IMG/VR virus record: IMGVR_UViG_3300046323_000234
Source: a virus
Length of the DNA: 64,000 nucleotides
Direction: 5' to 3' (one strand)
In this document: positions 9,666-19,887 of the stretch, piece by piece
Layout: the number at the start of each line of letters is the position of its first letter
Numbering within the stretch: position 1 is the stretch's first letter
Made by a program: the position numbers and the translations under genes
The notes under the pieces: generated by a model
The model's input: only the letters and a program-made list of their open reading frames with translations
Databases searched by the model: none
What the model was told of the DNA's origin: nothing

Positions 9666-10441
9666 TATTTTGGTTCTTTTAATGTTTTAGTATAATTTTG
9701 GAAAATAGTTTCAATATCATCAATAATTGGATTTCTAACGTTAACACCATCATCCATTTTTAATGTTCCAAATTTTGGATTATTTGAAAATAGTTTCATA
9801 GCCACTTGAAGTGAACTATCACCCTTTTGTTTTAAATCAATCTGATTTTCATCACCTAAACAAACAATCTTAGAATCTTCACCAATTCTGGTAAGTAATG
9901 TTCTTAAATTGTCAAGTGTAACATTTTGTGTTTCGTCCAATATAATAATACAGTTATCCAATGTTGCTCCACGAATATATGCAAGAGGCTGCATTTTGAT
10001 TATATTGGATTCGATTAGATCGGTTGTTCTATTTTCACCAATCAATTTATCGAGTGTTATAAAAAAACTCATCATATGTGGATATAACTTTTCTTTCATA
10101 TCCCCAGGTAAAAAACCCATCTCTTCATTTTTCAACATGATAATGGATTTAACTAAATAAATTTTTGTATACTTATTTCCAGATGATATAAGTAAGTCTA
10201 ATGCTTCAGCCAGTGCAACAAATGTTTTACCACATCCAGGTTTCCCAGAAACAAAACTAATCTCATTGGATTTGATTAATCTTATTAAATCAATTTGAGA
10301 ATCATTCTTCGCTTTTAATTTTAACTCCCTACCAAGAATTTTCTTGATTCTATCTTTATCATTTGCAATTGTTGCATCCTTTGATATTTCAAAATACTCT
10401 TCTTTTTTTTGTTTACTAGTCCTAAGTTGTTTAACAGCCAT
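9665..10441 (-). CDS. phoH: PhoH-like ATPase
   Basis: GKPGCGKT, MGFLPGD, PLAYIRGATL, ILDETQN, LLTRIGE, GDENQID. Confidence 0.95.
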   Translation of the reverse strand: MAVKQLRTSKQKKEEYFEISKDATIANDKDRIKKILGRELKLKAKNDSQIDLIRLIKSNEISFVSGKPGCGKTFVALAEALDLLISSGNKYTKIYLVKSIIMLKNEEMGFLPGDMKEKLYPHMMSFFITLDKLIGENRTTDLIESNIIKMQPLAYIRGATLDNCIIILDETQNVTLDNLRTLLTRIGEDSKIVCLGDENQIDLKQKGDSSLQVAMKLFSNNPKFGTLKMDDGVNVRNPIIDDIETIFQNYTKTLKEPK

Positions 10442-10480
10442 TTATATATTTTAAAGAAATTTTATAATTTTAAAAGTAAC

Positions 10481-10506
10481 ACCCTCTACTATATATTACG
10501 AAATTT
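10481..10506 (-). promoter_or_regulatory. 26-bp dispersed element upstream of the phoH operon
   Basis: Reverse complement aaatttcgtaatatatagtagagggt is 25/26 identical to 23638-23663 on the plus strand. Confidence 0.6.
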
Positions 10507-10604
10507 AAGGGGGTTAAGTATAAAAAATATTCATTTATTTTTAATTTAATTTAAAATGTTCTATTTAAATTAAATAAATGGCATATCATAATATGTTTTA
10601 ATCA

Positions 10605-10612
10605 CTATTTAT
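10605..10612 (+). promoter_or_regulatory. Candidate late promoter CTATTTAT
   Basis: 19 nt upstream of ATG 10632; the same motif precedes other structural genes. Confidence 0.55.
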
Positions 10613-10631
10613 GTATAATAATAGTTGAATT

Positions 10632-11210
10632 ATGTACAAATTATATTCTGACAAATCCAAAAAATTTACTTGCAATATTGATATAACTGGTGCTTCATTA
10701 AAAGAGTGTGAGGCTAGATTAGTGTTAGAAACTAATAGTGTTAATCTATTATATTATGGTAAAATTGATAGCAATGGTTTATGTGAAGTGGAGATTGATA
10801 AATTGAAGGATTTATTACCAGAAAACACCAAGGGTAAATTAAAATTAGAGGTAATTGCTGATAAACAATTTTTTACTGCGTGGGAAAGTAAATTTGTTGT
10901 TGAACAGCAAAAAACTGTTAAAATTACCGAAATGGTTGATAATGATAGTTTTGTTAACACTACCAAAAAGGTTAGTGTTATAGTTGAAGATGATGATTTA
11001 TCTGATGATTTAATATTTGAAAATACTGATAAAGTAAATAAGCAAATTGAAATTTTAGAAAGACAAATAATTACAAAAAATATAAAGGACGGTAAGAAAT
11101 TTAATCAAATATTCGAATATTATAGTGATATAATTAAGGAGAAAAAATTATTATCTGAGACTGAAATGAAAAAAATAAAAAATATTTTAATAGCAAAACA
11201 CAATTTTTAA
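10632..11210 (+). CDS. Hypothetical late protein (beta-sandwich-like N-terminus, helical C-terminus)
   Basis: First ORF of the plus-strand structural operon. Confidence 0.6.
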   Translation: MYKLYSDKSKKFTCNIDITGASLKECEARLVLETNSVNLLYYGKIDSNGLCEVEIDKLKDLLPENTKGKLKLEVIADKQFFTAWESKFVVEQQKTVKITEMVDNDSFVNTTKKVSVIVEDDDLSDDLIFENTDKVNKQIEILERQIITKNIKDGKKFNQIFEYYSDIIKEKKLLSETEMKKIKNILIAKHNF

Positions 11211-11214
11211 ATAA

Positions 11215-12861
11215 ATGGCAAAAATTACAGATCCCGATTTATTAAATGATAATAGCGTTGATAATAATACAACGGAAGTTTTTATTGATACTACAGCCAA
11301 AACGGTTAAATTAACAGAAATTGGAAACTTATCATCAGATGGTTTAACCATTAAATCATTATATTCATTTTTAAAAGAAGAATGGAGAGTTGACCCCCAA
11401 ACTAAAAATTTGGCTGCGTTTGATTTTCCAATGAATCCAATTACTGATGAATTTTTTGAATTCGTTGGTGGATGGTCACTACTTAATAGTGCAGCCATTC
11501 AATTAGTTAGAGATGGTGGATTCCTTGTTAGAAATACATCGGGAAATTTAACATCACACTTTACTGGTATTAAAACTATCGGTACAGTTGAAACAAATGA
11601 CCAAGTTTATTTTAATCAAGGAAATGGTGCTGATGATTTTGTTTATTTAGGCCCTGTTAATGAAGTTGTACAAATTATATCAGATCCAAATGGTGATGGT
11701 GCTTATGGTGATGGTTATGATAGATCAACAACATTCCAAATATTCTTGCGTGAACAAGGTCAAGTATATTCACAATCATCAATTGATGCAATTGGTGCAA
11801 CTGATTTATTAGCACCAAAGGTATTTGCATTTGCGTTAAATACATCAACCGATCTAAAAATTGATGAAACTGATGCAACAATAACTGGTTCAACACCATA
11901 TAATCAAATTAATATTAAATATTTTGACCAAGCATATACTCGTGATGTTGATTCATCAACCGATAGAAATTTTGGAATTGTTATTGACGTTGGAACACAC
12001 TCTGGTGTTGATGGTTCAGCATCAATAAATGGTAGAACATTAACAACAGCAGAAGCTGGAATTACTGGTTTATTATATACTGGTGGTACATTAACAATAC
12101 ATGAAGGTGCAAACGCTGGTATATATACCATAAGTGGTACACCAACATCAAATATTATCACTATTACAACTGCATTTATAAGTGCAAATACAAATCAATC
12201 ATTTACTCTACAAAGAGCAACTGGTGTTATTGCAACTGCTGAACAAATATATGAAAAAGTTCAATATCAATTAAGATTAAATGCCGATATTGATGCAACT
12301 GACCAATCCGTTATTGGTAAAACTGCTGACGAATTACTTAATTTCGTTGGTGATACATTGGTTTGTGGTTCAAGTATTCCAACCAATCCAAATGGTGGTG
12401 GTTCTGGTGTTATAATTGAAGGTTTCCAATCTTCTGATACAAACAGAATTCAATTTTATGATAATAGTGGTATTACTCGTACATATCCATTTGTTGCCGT
12501 TTTAACATTGAATTTTGGATCAAACTTAGTTTCCGATGCGAGTGCAAAATATTGGGTTTATTTTACCACATTACCTGGTGCTGGTAATGATTTTAACGAA
12601 GCTGGTGCATTATTAGTTGATGATAACGCTGGTGCAGATATTACTGGTAATATTTCAGGTCAAGCAACAATTGAACATACATTTAACTATGATGGTAACG
12701 TTCAAGGTGGTAGAACACCAGCTACTGATGCAGCAATTACAGTTGTGGGTATTGGATTAAGTACTGGCCAATATGTAAAAGCAACTGGTACAATTGGTAG
12801 AAGTACAACAAATAGTATATCATTGGTTGCAGCTTTGGAAAGAAATTATCAAAACGTATAA
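11215..12861 (+). CDS. Virion structural/appendage protein
   Basis: Thr/Gly/Asp-rich beta-type composition. N-terminal region (SLYSFLKEEW...FEFVGGW) resembles that of 16333..17550. Confidence 0.6.
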   Translation: MAKITDPDLLNDNSVDNNTTEVFIDTTAKTVKLTEIGNLSSDGLTIKSLYSFLKEEWRVDPQTKNLAAFDFPMNPITDEFFEFVGGWSLLNSAAIQLVRDGGFLVRNTSGNLTSHFTGIKTIGTVETNDQVYFNQGNGADDFVYLGPVNEVVQIISDPNGDGAYGDGYDRSTTFQIFLREQGQVYSQSSIDAIGATDLLAPKVFAFALNTSTDLKIDETDATITGSTPYNQINIKYFDQAYTRDVDSSTDRNFGIVIDVGTHSGVDGSASINGRTLTTAEAGITGLLYTGGTLTIHEGANAGIYTISGTPTSNIITITTAFISANTNQSFTLQRATGVIATAEQIYEKVQYQLRLNADIDATDQSVIGKTADELLNFVGDTLVCGSSIPTNPNGGGSGVIIEGFQSSDTNRIQFYDNSGITRTYPFVAVLTLNFGSNLVSDASAKYWVYFTTLPGAGNDFNEAGALLVDDNAGADITGNISGQATIEHTFNYDGNVQGGRTPATDAAITVVGIGLSTGQYVKATGTIGRSTTNSISLVAALERNYQNV

Positions 12862-12871
12862 AAAATAATTA

Positions 12872-15800
12872 ATGTCAACATTTACAATTACTAGTCCAGT
12901 TAATATTGATAGTATTACCAAATTAGGTACAAAAACAGCAGCATGGACTAGATCAACTACAACAGCAACAGTAACATTGGTTAATCATGGTATGATAACC
13001 AGTGATGTTATATTTGTAACTGCAACATCAGATGTAACTGCTATAACACTAAGTGCTAAAACAGTTACACTATTAAACGTAACTGGATTCACATTTACAT
13101 GTTTAAATGCTGGTGCAGTATCTGGTACAATTACATTTACTGCAACCGATAATTATAATATAAATGGTGGTACATTAACAATTGATCAAGATAGTAGATA
13201 TGGATTAAATCAAGATGTTGGTTCAACATATAATAATATAACACTATCTGCAACATTGGGTGGTAGTGTTGAAATTGATGCGAGAAATGTTAGATTAATA
13301 CCTTATAACGCTGGAAGTGGTACATTACCAGCATTAAATACTATTATATCTGGTGGAACAAATAATTTAGCAACTGGTAAATTGATTGGTGTATGGAGTA
13401 ATATTGCATCAGGTGCTACAGTAAGTGGTGCAACAATACCAGCAAGTGGATTAATAAAAATTAAAGAATGGAATGGTGTACCTTTTACGATTGGTGCATT
13501 ATCCAATATTACAGCTAGTGCCATAAGTGGTGATACTGCTGGTTGGATTGAAATTGTCGGTAATGAATTTGGTGTTGCAACAGTAAACCGTTTAAATACG
13601 TTTAGAATGCGTGGTGAATGGTTTAGTGTCGGTACAACAAATGGAACTAGAGCAACAATATATCAATTACCAACAAGTGGTAGTTTAATGTATTTACCAG
13701 GTGTTTGGGTTGAAACAGATGTTGCATCAGGTAGTTATGAATTTTATCCATGTGCTGGTACATTAACAGCACTTGTCGCAAATATTGCGACAGATAGACT
13801 TCGTGGTAAATTTTGTTGGATAACTGCCAATGGTGGCCATTTAAGATTTGGACACGATGGTACGAACAGTACTGGTGGTTATATACCACCAACAGGTTTA
13901 AGAATTAGAATACCAAATATTATAACACAAAATTGTGTTATTGGATTTAAAAATATAAATGTATTACCTAGTGTTACATTAGCGACTAGATATGATTTTT
14001 TAACTACTGGTGGTGGTGTAATTGAAATAGATAAAGCTGCATTAAACTGGTATCCATCATTTGCACAGCCATATTCTGTTAATATTTCAAATACTAGTAT
14101 TGCAACACAATTATTAGTATCAGAAATTGCAGCACCATTAACTTGGAATAATATTGGTGTTGGACAAGAAGCTGCAAACGCACAATTTGGACTATCAATG
14201 GCAACATGTTTTGCTGGTGGAACAATTTCTAATAGTAGATTTACATCAGCAACATTAGCTGGATCTGGTAGATATATTGGTACATTTTCTGATTTGGATG
14301 GTTTTACATTTAATAATACAGAATTTTTAGGAATGGTCGCTAGAGGTAATGCTACAACTGGTGCTATGACATTAACAAGGGTTAATAATACAGTTTTTAA
14401 TAATACAGTATTGGGTGATGGTCGTGCTTTTATGACAACATGTACAAATGTTGATTTTAATAATACAATTTATTATGATCATCCAGCAACAACAACTGCA
14501 ACAGCCAATCCAATGTACATATTTGATTTAGCGAGTAGTTGTGTTGATATTAAAATGGATGGTATTTCATTTAGTGGATTAACATTAACACAACCATATA
14601 GTGGTATATTAAACATAGGTGCTGCTGGTTGTACAAATATTAAATTAAGAAATTTAGGAACATATAGTCAACCTTTGGATTTAGGTGCGCCAAGAATTGA
14701 TAATGTTGCGTGGTCAAGAGTTACAACTGTTGGAACAATATCAGCAACATCACACAATTTAAAAGTTAACGATATTATATATGTAACCAACACCACTGAC
14801 GTATCAGCGATTGCAGTTGGTGCTAAAACTATTGCATCTGCACCAACAAATAATATATTTACATTTGCAGTGACAAATGGTGGTGCAATTAATGGTAGTT
14901 TATCATATTATCCAACAATGTCAGCATTATTGTTTGCATTAGCTGCTGGTGCAGCAGCTAATACTGTTGAACTTAAAAGATGTTATACACCACATACAAG
15001 AACAAACATATATACAGCAGATAACTCTAGTAAAAATATCGAACTTAAAAATGTCTTTGGTGATTATAATATTAACGTACCATTAACACCACAATTAAAT
15101 GGATCACAAAATGGTATTGGTGGTAGATATTCATTAGCTGCACAAACATCTGTTTATGGTACACACTGGCTTGATTATTATATTGCGCCACCAACACTAT
15201 CAGCAACAACTGTTACTTGGTCAAGAGTTACAACAACCGCAACTATTACATCACCCAAACATGGTTTGGTTACTGGTGATTTAATAAATGTAATAACATC
15301 ATCATCTGAATCTACAATTATATTAGGTAATAAAACATTAACAGTATTAAGTGGTGAAACATTTACATTTACTTGTTTAAATGCTGGTGCTACTAGTGGT
15401 ACATTATCATTTATACCACATAATGGTAGAATTGGTCTTGTTATGAATGAATCAACAACTGAAACAGTTGATCAATATACAATTGATAATGGTACACCAG
15501 CATTTACATCGGCTGGTTCGTTATTTATGCCCACCGTTAGTCAACAAATTACATTTACATCACCAGAATATATACTTGGACATAAATCATTTCCGATTGC
15601 TGAACCATTTATTATTGGTGGTTTATTAAATAATCATCATGTATTATATGCATTAGATAGAAATGATGGTAATGGTTTTAGCTCTTTTTATAATTTATAT
15701 TATAATGTAAGTGCTAATACTGGATCAAATGGTTCAACAAACGTAATAGTTCGGTCAACATCAGGTATTACAGTTGGTGATTATGTATTTGGATCAAACA

Positions 15801-16309
15801 TTGCACCAAATGCATATGTTACTGGAATTACAAATACAACAACATTTGTTGTTAATAAACCAAATATTGGTGTGGTATCTGGATTATTAAGATTTAATCG
15901 TTTACCATTCGAATCCAATATTGGTGCGTCTGGTGCTAAAATGAAAATTAGAATTACCACAATATCTGGAAATACTAATGCAATATCCGCATTATATATT
16001 CCAACATATAGTGATAATACATCTAGAGCATATCAATATCAATTAGATCCACAATTAACAATAACACTTACTGGATTGGTTAATCCAACAGAGGTTAGGG
16101 TATTTAGTGCATCAACAACAACTGAATTAGCTGGTCAAGAAACAATTACTAGTGGTGAATTTAGTTTTGAAGTCGCTAGTGGTAGCTTAATTGATATTAG
16201 TATATTATCATTAGCTTATCAAAATCTAAGATTAAAAAATTACAATGCAACAAGTGATGCCACAATACCAATCCAACAAATAGTTGACAGACAGTATTTA
16301 AATCCATAA
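12872..16309 (+). CDS. Large tail fibre/spike-like protein with a beta-helix-like segment and three ~67-aa inserted repeats
   Basis: 1145 aa, very Thr/Gly/Asn-rich. W[ST]R.TT..T....H.....D.I.V repeats at about 12938, 14705 and 15212; FNNT repeats. Confidence 0.65.
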   Translation: MSTFTITSPVNIDSITKLGTKTAAWTRSTTTATVTLVNHGMITSDVIFVTATSDVTAITLSAKTVTLLNVTGFTFTCLNAGAVSGTITFTATDNYNINGGTLTIDQDSRYGLNQDVGSTYNNITLSATLGGSVEIDARNVRLIPYNAGSGTLPALNTIISGGTNNLATGKLIGVWSNIASGATVSGATIPASGLIKIKEWNGVPFTIGALSNITASAISGDTAGWIEIVGNEFGVATVNRLNTFRMRGEWFSVGTTNGTRATIYQLPTSGSLMYLPGVWVETDVASGSYEFYPCAGTLTALVANIATDRLRGKFCWITANGGHLRFGHDGTNSTGGYIPPTGLRIRIPNIITQNCVIGFKNINVLPSVTLATRYDFLTTGGGVIEIDKAALNWYPSFAQPYSVNISNTSIATQLLVSEIAAPLTWNNIGVGQEAANAQFGLSMATCFAGGTISNSRFTSATLAGSGRYIGTFSDLDGFTFNNTEFLGMVARGNATTGAMTLTRVNNTVFNNTVLGDGRAFMTTCTNVDFNNTIYYDHPATTTATANPMYIFDLASSCVDIKMDGISFSGLTLTQPYSGILNIGAAGCTNIKLRNLGTYSQPLDLGAPRIDNVAWSRVTTVGTISATSHNLKVNDIIYVTNTTDVSAIAVGAKTIASAPTNNIFTFAVTNGGAINGSLSYYPTMSALLFALAAGAAANTVELKRCYTPHTRTNIYTADNSSKNIELKNVFGDYNINVPLTPQLNGSQNGIGGRYSLAAQTSVYGTHWLDYYIAPPTLSATTVTWSRVTTTATITSPKHGLVTGDLINVITSSSESTIILGNKTLTVLSGETFTFTCLNAGATSGTLSFIPHNGRIGLVMNESTTETVDQYTIDNGTPAFTSAGSLFMPTVSQQITFTSPEYILGHKSFPIAEPFIIGGLLNNHHVLYALDRNDGNGFSSFYNLYYNVSANTGSNGSTNVIVRSTSGITVGDYVFGSNIAPNAYVTGITNTTTFVVNKPNIGVVSGLLRFNRLPFESNIGASGAKMKIRITTISGNTNAISALYIPTYSDNTSRAYQYQLDPQLTITLTGLVNPTEVRVFSASTTTELAGQETITSGEFSFEVASGSLIDISILSLAYQNLRLKNYNATSDATIPIQQIVDRQYLNP

Positions 16310-16332
16310 CTTTGTTGATTAAACATATATAA

Positions 16333-17550
16333 ATGGCAGCAGTAGTTTCATTCGATGGAGTTAATAAAACAATTACAGTAACAGATACTGGTGATATTAA
16401 TATAACCGTTGATGAAATTTACTCTAGATGGAAAGATTGGGTATTTGATTATCCACAATATGAAGCTGCTTTTAGATTTGTGGGTGGTGACCCGACTGTT
16501 GGATTAGATAGTTTAGGTGTTACCTATTTCATTATTAATGGATGGAAGTTTAAACCATATGAAGGTAATCACGTCTTGGACATTGTTGGTAACTTATATC
16601 AAGAAGGTGGTGGTAATCCATATTTAACAACTACTGGTTATACTATTGTAATTAGACAAAACGTATCCAATATCGTTGAGATAAAAAGTGTTACAACTGA
16701 AAGTAATGAAAAAATTGAATACTTAGGTTCAATATTTTTAGATGAATCATCAATATATTCAAGTGCTATATATCCAAACGGAACAATTTCAAATCCAATA
16801 AATAATGTTGCTGGTGCGTTAACATTGGCCAATTATTATGGATTTAATACAATAAAAGTATTAACAAATATTGGTTTTTCTGGAATATCAAATACAACGA
16901 TAAGTAATATTAATTTTATTGGGCAAAATCCAAATATTCAATTAACACATTATAATAATATATTATTTAATAATGTATTATTTGATAACTTTATTATTGA
17001 TTCAGATTTTATTAATAGTGAAATAATTATTAAAAATTCGACAATTATTAATTCATTAAATATGAATGGCACTATTAATAGTTCACAATTAAAGGGTGTT
17101 ATTAAAATAGATGATAATTTAGTAATTGCAGATTCATATTCGACTAGATTAAACTCTGTTGTATTATCTCCAATCATTAATATGAATTTATCAAATACAA
17201 CAAGCCTTCAAATCAAAAATCATTCAGGTGATTTAAATATTATTAATTGTGATACTGTTAATTCATTTGCAAATATTGAATTAATTAGTGGAAATATTAG
17301 ATTGGATTCAACTTGTACTGATGGAACAATTATATTAAGAGGTTTAGGGACATTAGAAGATAATAGCGGTGTTAATATCGTAATGAATAGACGTGGTTTC
17401 TTGATTCCAGAAAAGGTTGAAGATATACACCAAATACATGGATTGGATGCTGCAAATCCAATGGTTGTTTCTAGAACAAGTAGAACTGCTGGTAATATAA
17501 CACAAACATTAGGTAATGTTGCTGATGTCGTAACAGTAACTAGAGTTTAA
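16333..17550 (+). CDS. Virion structural protein with beta-helix-like region
   Basis: IYSRWKDW...FRFVGGDP...YFIINGW N-terminus; GTISNPINNVAGAL followed by Asn/Ile-rich repeats. Confidence 0.6.
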   Translation: MAAVVSFDGVNKTITVTDTGDINITVDEIYSRWKDWVFDYPQYEAAFRFVGGDPTVGLDSLGVTYFIINGWKFKPYEGNHVLDIVGNLYQEGGGNPYLTTTGYTIVIRQNVSNIVEIKSVTTESNEKIEYLGSIFLDESSIYSSAIYPNGTISNPINNVAGALTLANYYGFNTIKVLTNIGFSGISNTTISNINFIGQNPNIQLTHYNNILFNNVLFDNFIIDSDFINSEIIIKNSTIINSLNMNGTINSSQLKGVIKIDDNLVIADSYSTRLNSVVLSPIINMNLSNTTSLQIKNHSGDLNIINCDTVNSFANIELISGNIRLDSTCTDGTIILRGLGTLEDNSGVNIVMNRRGFLIPEKVEDIHQIHGLDAANPMVVSRTSRTAGNITQTLGNVADVVTVTRV

Positions 17551-17553
17551 AAA

Positions 17554-17949
17554 ATGAACAATGTTGATCCATACTCAATTGCTACAAATGGCCTATTAAC
17601 ATCAAATACAAATAATTATTTTGTTACTGATGGTTTAGGTTATTATACTATTCAAATTTCGGAAGAAATTATTGAAATTGATGTACCTACAGTAAGAAAT
17701 GGTAATTGGGTTGGTAGATTACCTAAGAGGGGTAGAAAGCAATCTGAAAAAATCTTAGTTAAAGAAATTACTGTTACAATTAATTTAGATTCACATAAAG
17801 AATATTTTAAATCTAAAATTCAATTAACTGATGTTAATCTCACAGTAACCAATGCAATAATTAATGGTGATGAAATTACATTAACTATTCATAATCCAAC
17901 CTTAAATATTGATGAAACTAGAATAGTAAAACTGAATGTTGTTTTATAA
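17554..17949 (+). CDS. Hypothetical protein, last gene of the appendage operon
   Basis: ORF starts 3 nt after the previous stop. Confidence 0.55.
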   Translation: MNNVDPYSIATNGLLTSNTNNYFVTDGLGYYTIQISEEIIEIDVPTVRNGNWVGRLPKRGRKQSEKILVKEITVTINLDSHKEYFKSKIQLTDVNLTVTNAIINGDEITLTIHNPTLNIDETRIVKLNVVL

Positions 17950-18126
17950 AAAAACTCTGTAACTACTATATTTATATAGTTCCTTTTCAAAAACATAAAT
18001 CTCAAATCCAATAATTGTATTTGTATTATTATTTTCAAATCTAACTAAATCGTAAATAGTATTTGGTTCGATATGATTTTTAATTATATCAAAAACATAA
18101 ATGGAACATTGGATTTGTTGTTGCAT
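17944..18126 (-). CDS. Small hypothetical protein, possible divergent CxYIxEI member
   Basis: QCSIYVFDIIKNHIEPN is a weak match; same size class as the family. Confidence 0.45.
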   Translation of the reverse strand: MQQQIQCSIYVFDIIKNHIEPNTIYDLVRFENNNTNTIIGFEIYVFEKELYKYSSYRVFL

Positions 18127-18130
18127 TATT

Positions 18131-18580
18131 TTAATAATGATAATATTTATGATTTGGTAAATAATTTTTTATTACCATAATAATTCTACTTCTATCAACA
18201 TCATTACCCACATCACCACCATAACTAGTAAAATAATATGGTAAATATCTTGCAATATATAAACCAATATGATTATATTGAATTGTACTATTTATATAAA
18301 TAATTTCATAATCAATAAAAAATATTTTAATATCATTAATATAATATTCAAAATTATAATCTTCATCTATAATATTAAATTTTCCCAACTGTGCTATTTT
18401 ATTTAAAATAATTTTAAATGATTCACAATATAATGATATTCCATCACTATTTTCTATTCTATATATTTCATTATATTCATCCAAAATAAATGAATTATTT
18501 ATTATTTTTTGATAAATATCAGCAATATGATAACACATTTTAAAATCATTTATAATGTGGTTTTCTTTGTTCCAATCCAT
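18131..18580 (-). CDS. CxYIxEI micro-protein family member with longer tail
   Basis: MCYHIADIYQKIINNSFILDEYNEI. Confidence 0.65.
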   Translation of the reverse strand: MDWNKENHIINDFKMCYHIADIYQKIINNSFILDEYNEIYRIENSDGISLYCESFKIILNKIAQLGKFNIIDEDYNFEYYINDIKIFFIDYEIIYINSTIQYNHIGLYIARYLPYYFTSYGGDVGNDVDRSRIIMVIKNYLPNHKYYHY

Positions 18581-19790
18581 TTGATGTTATTTCAATAATC
18601 TCAATATTTAATTTAAATTCATTAATTGTTTTTGCGTTGGCATATGAGAAACCAGATTTGATTCCATTGGTTAATCTATTTAAATCCAATTCAGATTTTT
18701 CTTTGGATTTAAAATCAACAGTAAATTCAAATCCTTCTGGTAATATCTCCTTATTAATATTATTAACCTTATTATTCAATAATGCCATTGATTCAGATGC
18801 CATACCTCTATAATATGCCTTTATTGGATTTGATTTATTATTATGAATTTTTTCCTTATCAATAAATTGTATTTTGGTTGTTTTAAAATCGATATAATTA
18901 TTATTTATTAAATCTTCCGTATATGAATATTCATCTAAATAATGATTAACGTTTTTGGATTTGTGCTCTATGAATATTGGAGAGTTTGAATAATAATCGC
19001 CAGCAAAGAATCCACCCATCATAACAAAATCAGCCCCACAAGCTAATGCTTTTAATATATCTGATGATGTTTTAATTCCACCATCAGCAACTATATAATA
19101 ATCTTCGTTTGATAATCTATCATTGGCTATTTCTAGCAGCATAGAAGCTGCTGGACGATATATTCCAGCCACATCCGATGTGGAACACGCTGAACCAGTA
19201 GAAACCCCTACACGCACGAATTTAACACCTAAATTGACCAAGTATTCAACATGTTCTTTACATGTGACATTACCACACATAATTTCAATATTAATACTTC
19301 TATGCACAATATTTTGTTTGATATAATTTAGTTCTTTAATAACTGGTTCAACAAGAGTGTTTGATCCATTGGCTGTATCTATACAAATCAAAAAATTATA
19401 ATCTAATAGATTATCTTCCATCACCATTTTGGTAAAAGCTGTTAATCTTTCTTTATAGTCGTTAACACCAATCGAAAAACTTACTAACTTACTTGTATTG
19501 TTTTTAATTAATAATCTAATATCTGAAATCATTTCATCAATTTGATTAAATCTATGTAAAACACCTTGCTGATTATTTTTATCAAGATAATTACATAAAT
19601 CAAATCCAGATATATCAAACATCGGTGCTGAAAAGATTAAACCCATATTAATCTTATTGGATTTAATTAAACCAAACTGTATGGATTGGTTTAGATTAAT
19701 TTCATCAGAAAAACGTGATTTGATTTGTGATATTTGTCTACTGAAAAGTGAAATATCGTTATATGTTAATTCTTTTGTTATATTTTTCAT
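18546..19790 (-). CDS. IMP dehydrogenase/GMP reductase family enzyme lacking CBS domains
   Basis: CIDTANG, CGNVT, RVGVSTGSACST (catalytic Cys), ADGGIK, ALACGADFVMMGGFFAG, YRGMAS. guaB versus guaC cannot be resolved by eye. Confidence 0.9.
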   Translation of the reverse strand: MKNITKELTYNDISLFSRQISQIKSRFSDEINLNQSIQFGLIKSNKINMGLIFSAPMFDISGFDLCNYLDKNNQQGVLHRFNQIDEMISDIRLLIKNNTSKLVSFSIGVNDYKERLTAFTKMVMEDNLLDYNFLICIDTANGSNTLVEPVIKELNYIKQNIVHRSINIEIMCGNVTCKEHVEYLVNLGVKFVRVGVSTGSACSTSDVAGIYRPAASMLLEIANDRLSNEDYYIVADGGIKTSSDILKALACGADFVMMGGFFAGDYYSNSPIFIEHKSKNVNHYLDEYSYTEDLINNNYIDFKTTKIQFIDKEKIHNNKSNPIKAYYRGMASESMALLNNKVNNINKEILPEGFEFTVDFKSKEKSELDLNRLTNGIKSGFSYANAKTINEFKLNIEIIEITSNGLEQRKPHYK

Positions 19791-19812
19791 TAAAATAATT
19801 TATCATTATTTA

Positions 19813-19843
19813 CAATATTAATGAAAATAAAATTTTTAGACAA
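19813..19843 (-). promoter_or_regulatory. Bacteroidota-type housekeeping promoter for the IMPDH/GMPR gene
   Basis: Minus strand reads TTG-N20-TAATATTG, one mismatch to TAnnTTTG. Confidence 0.5.
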
Positions 19844-19851
19844 CTATTTAT
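19844..19851 (+). promoter_or_regulatory. Candidate late promoter CTATTTAT
   Basis: 36 nt upstream of the baseplate hub gene. Confidence 0.5.
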
Positions 19852-19887
19852 TATAAATAACAATAAAATTTAATAAAAATTTATAAA

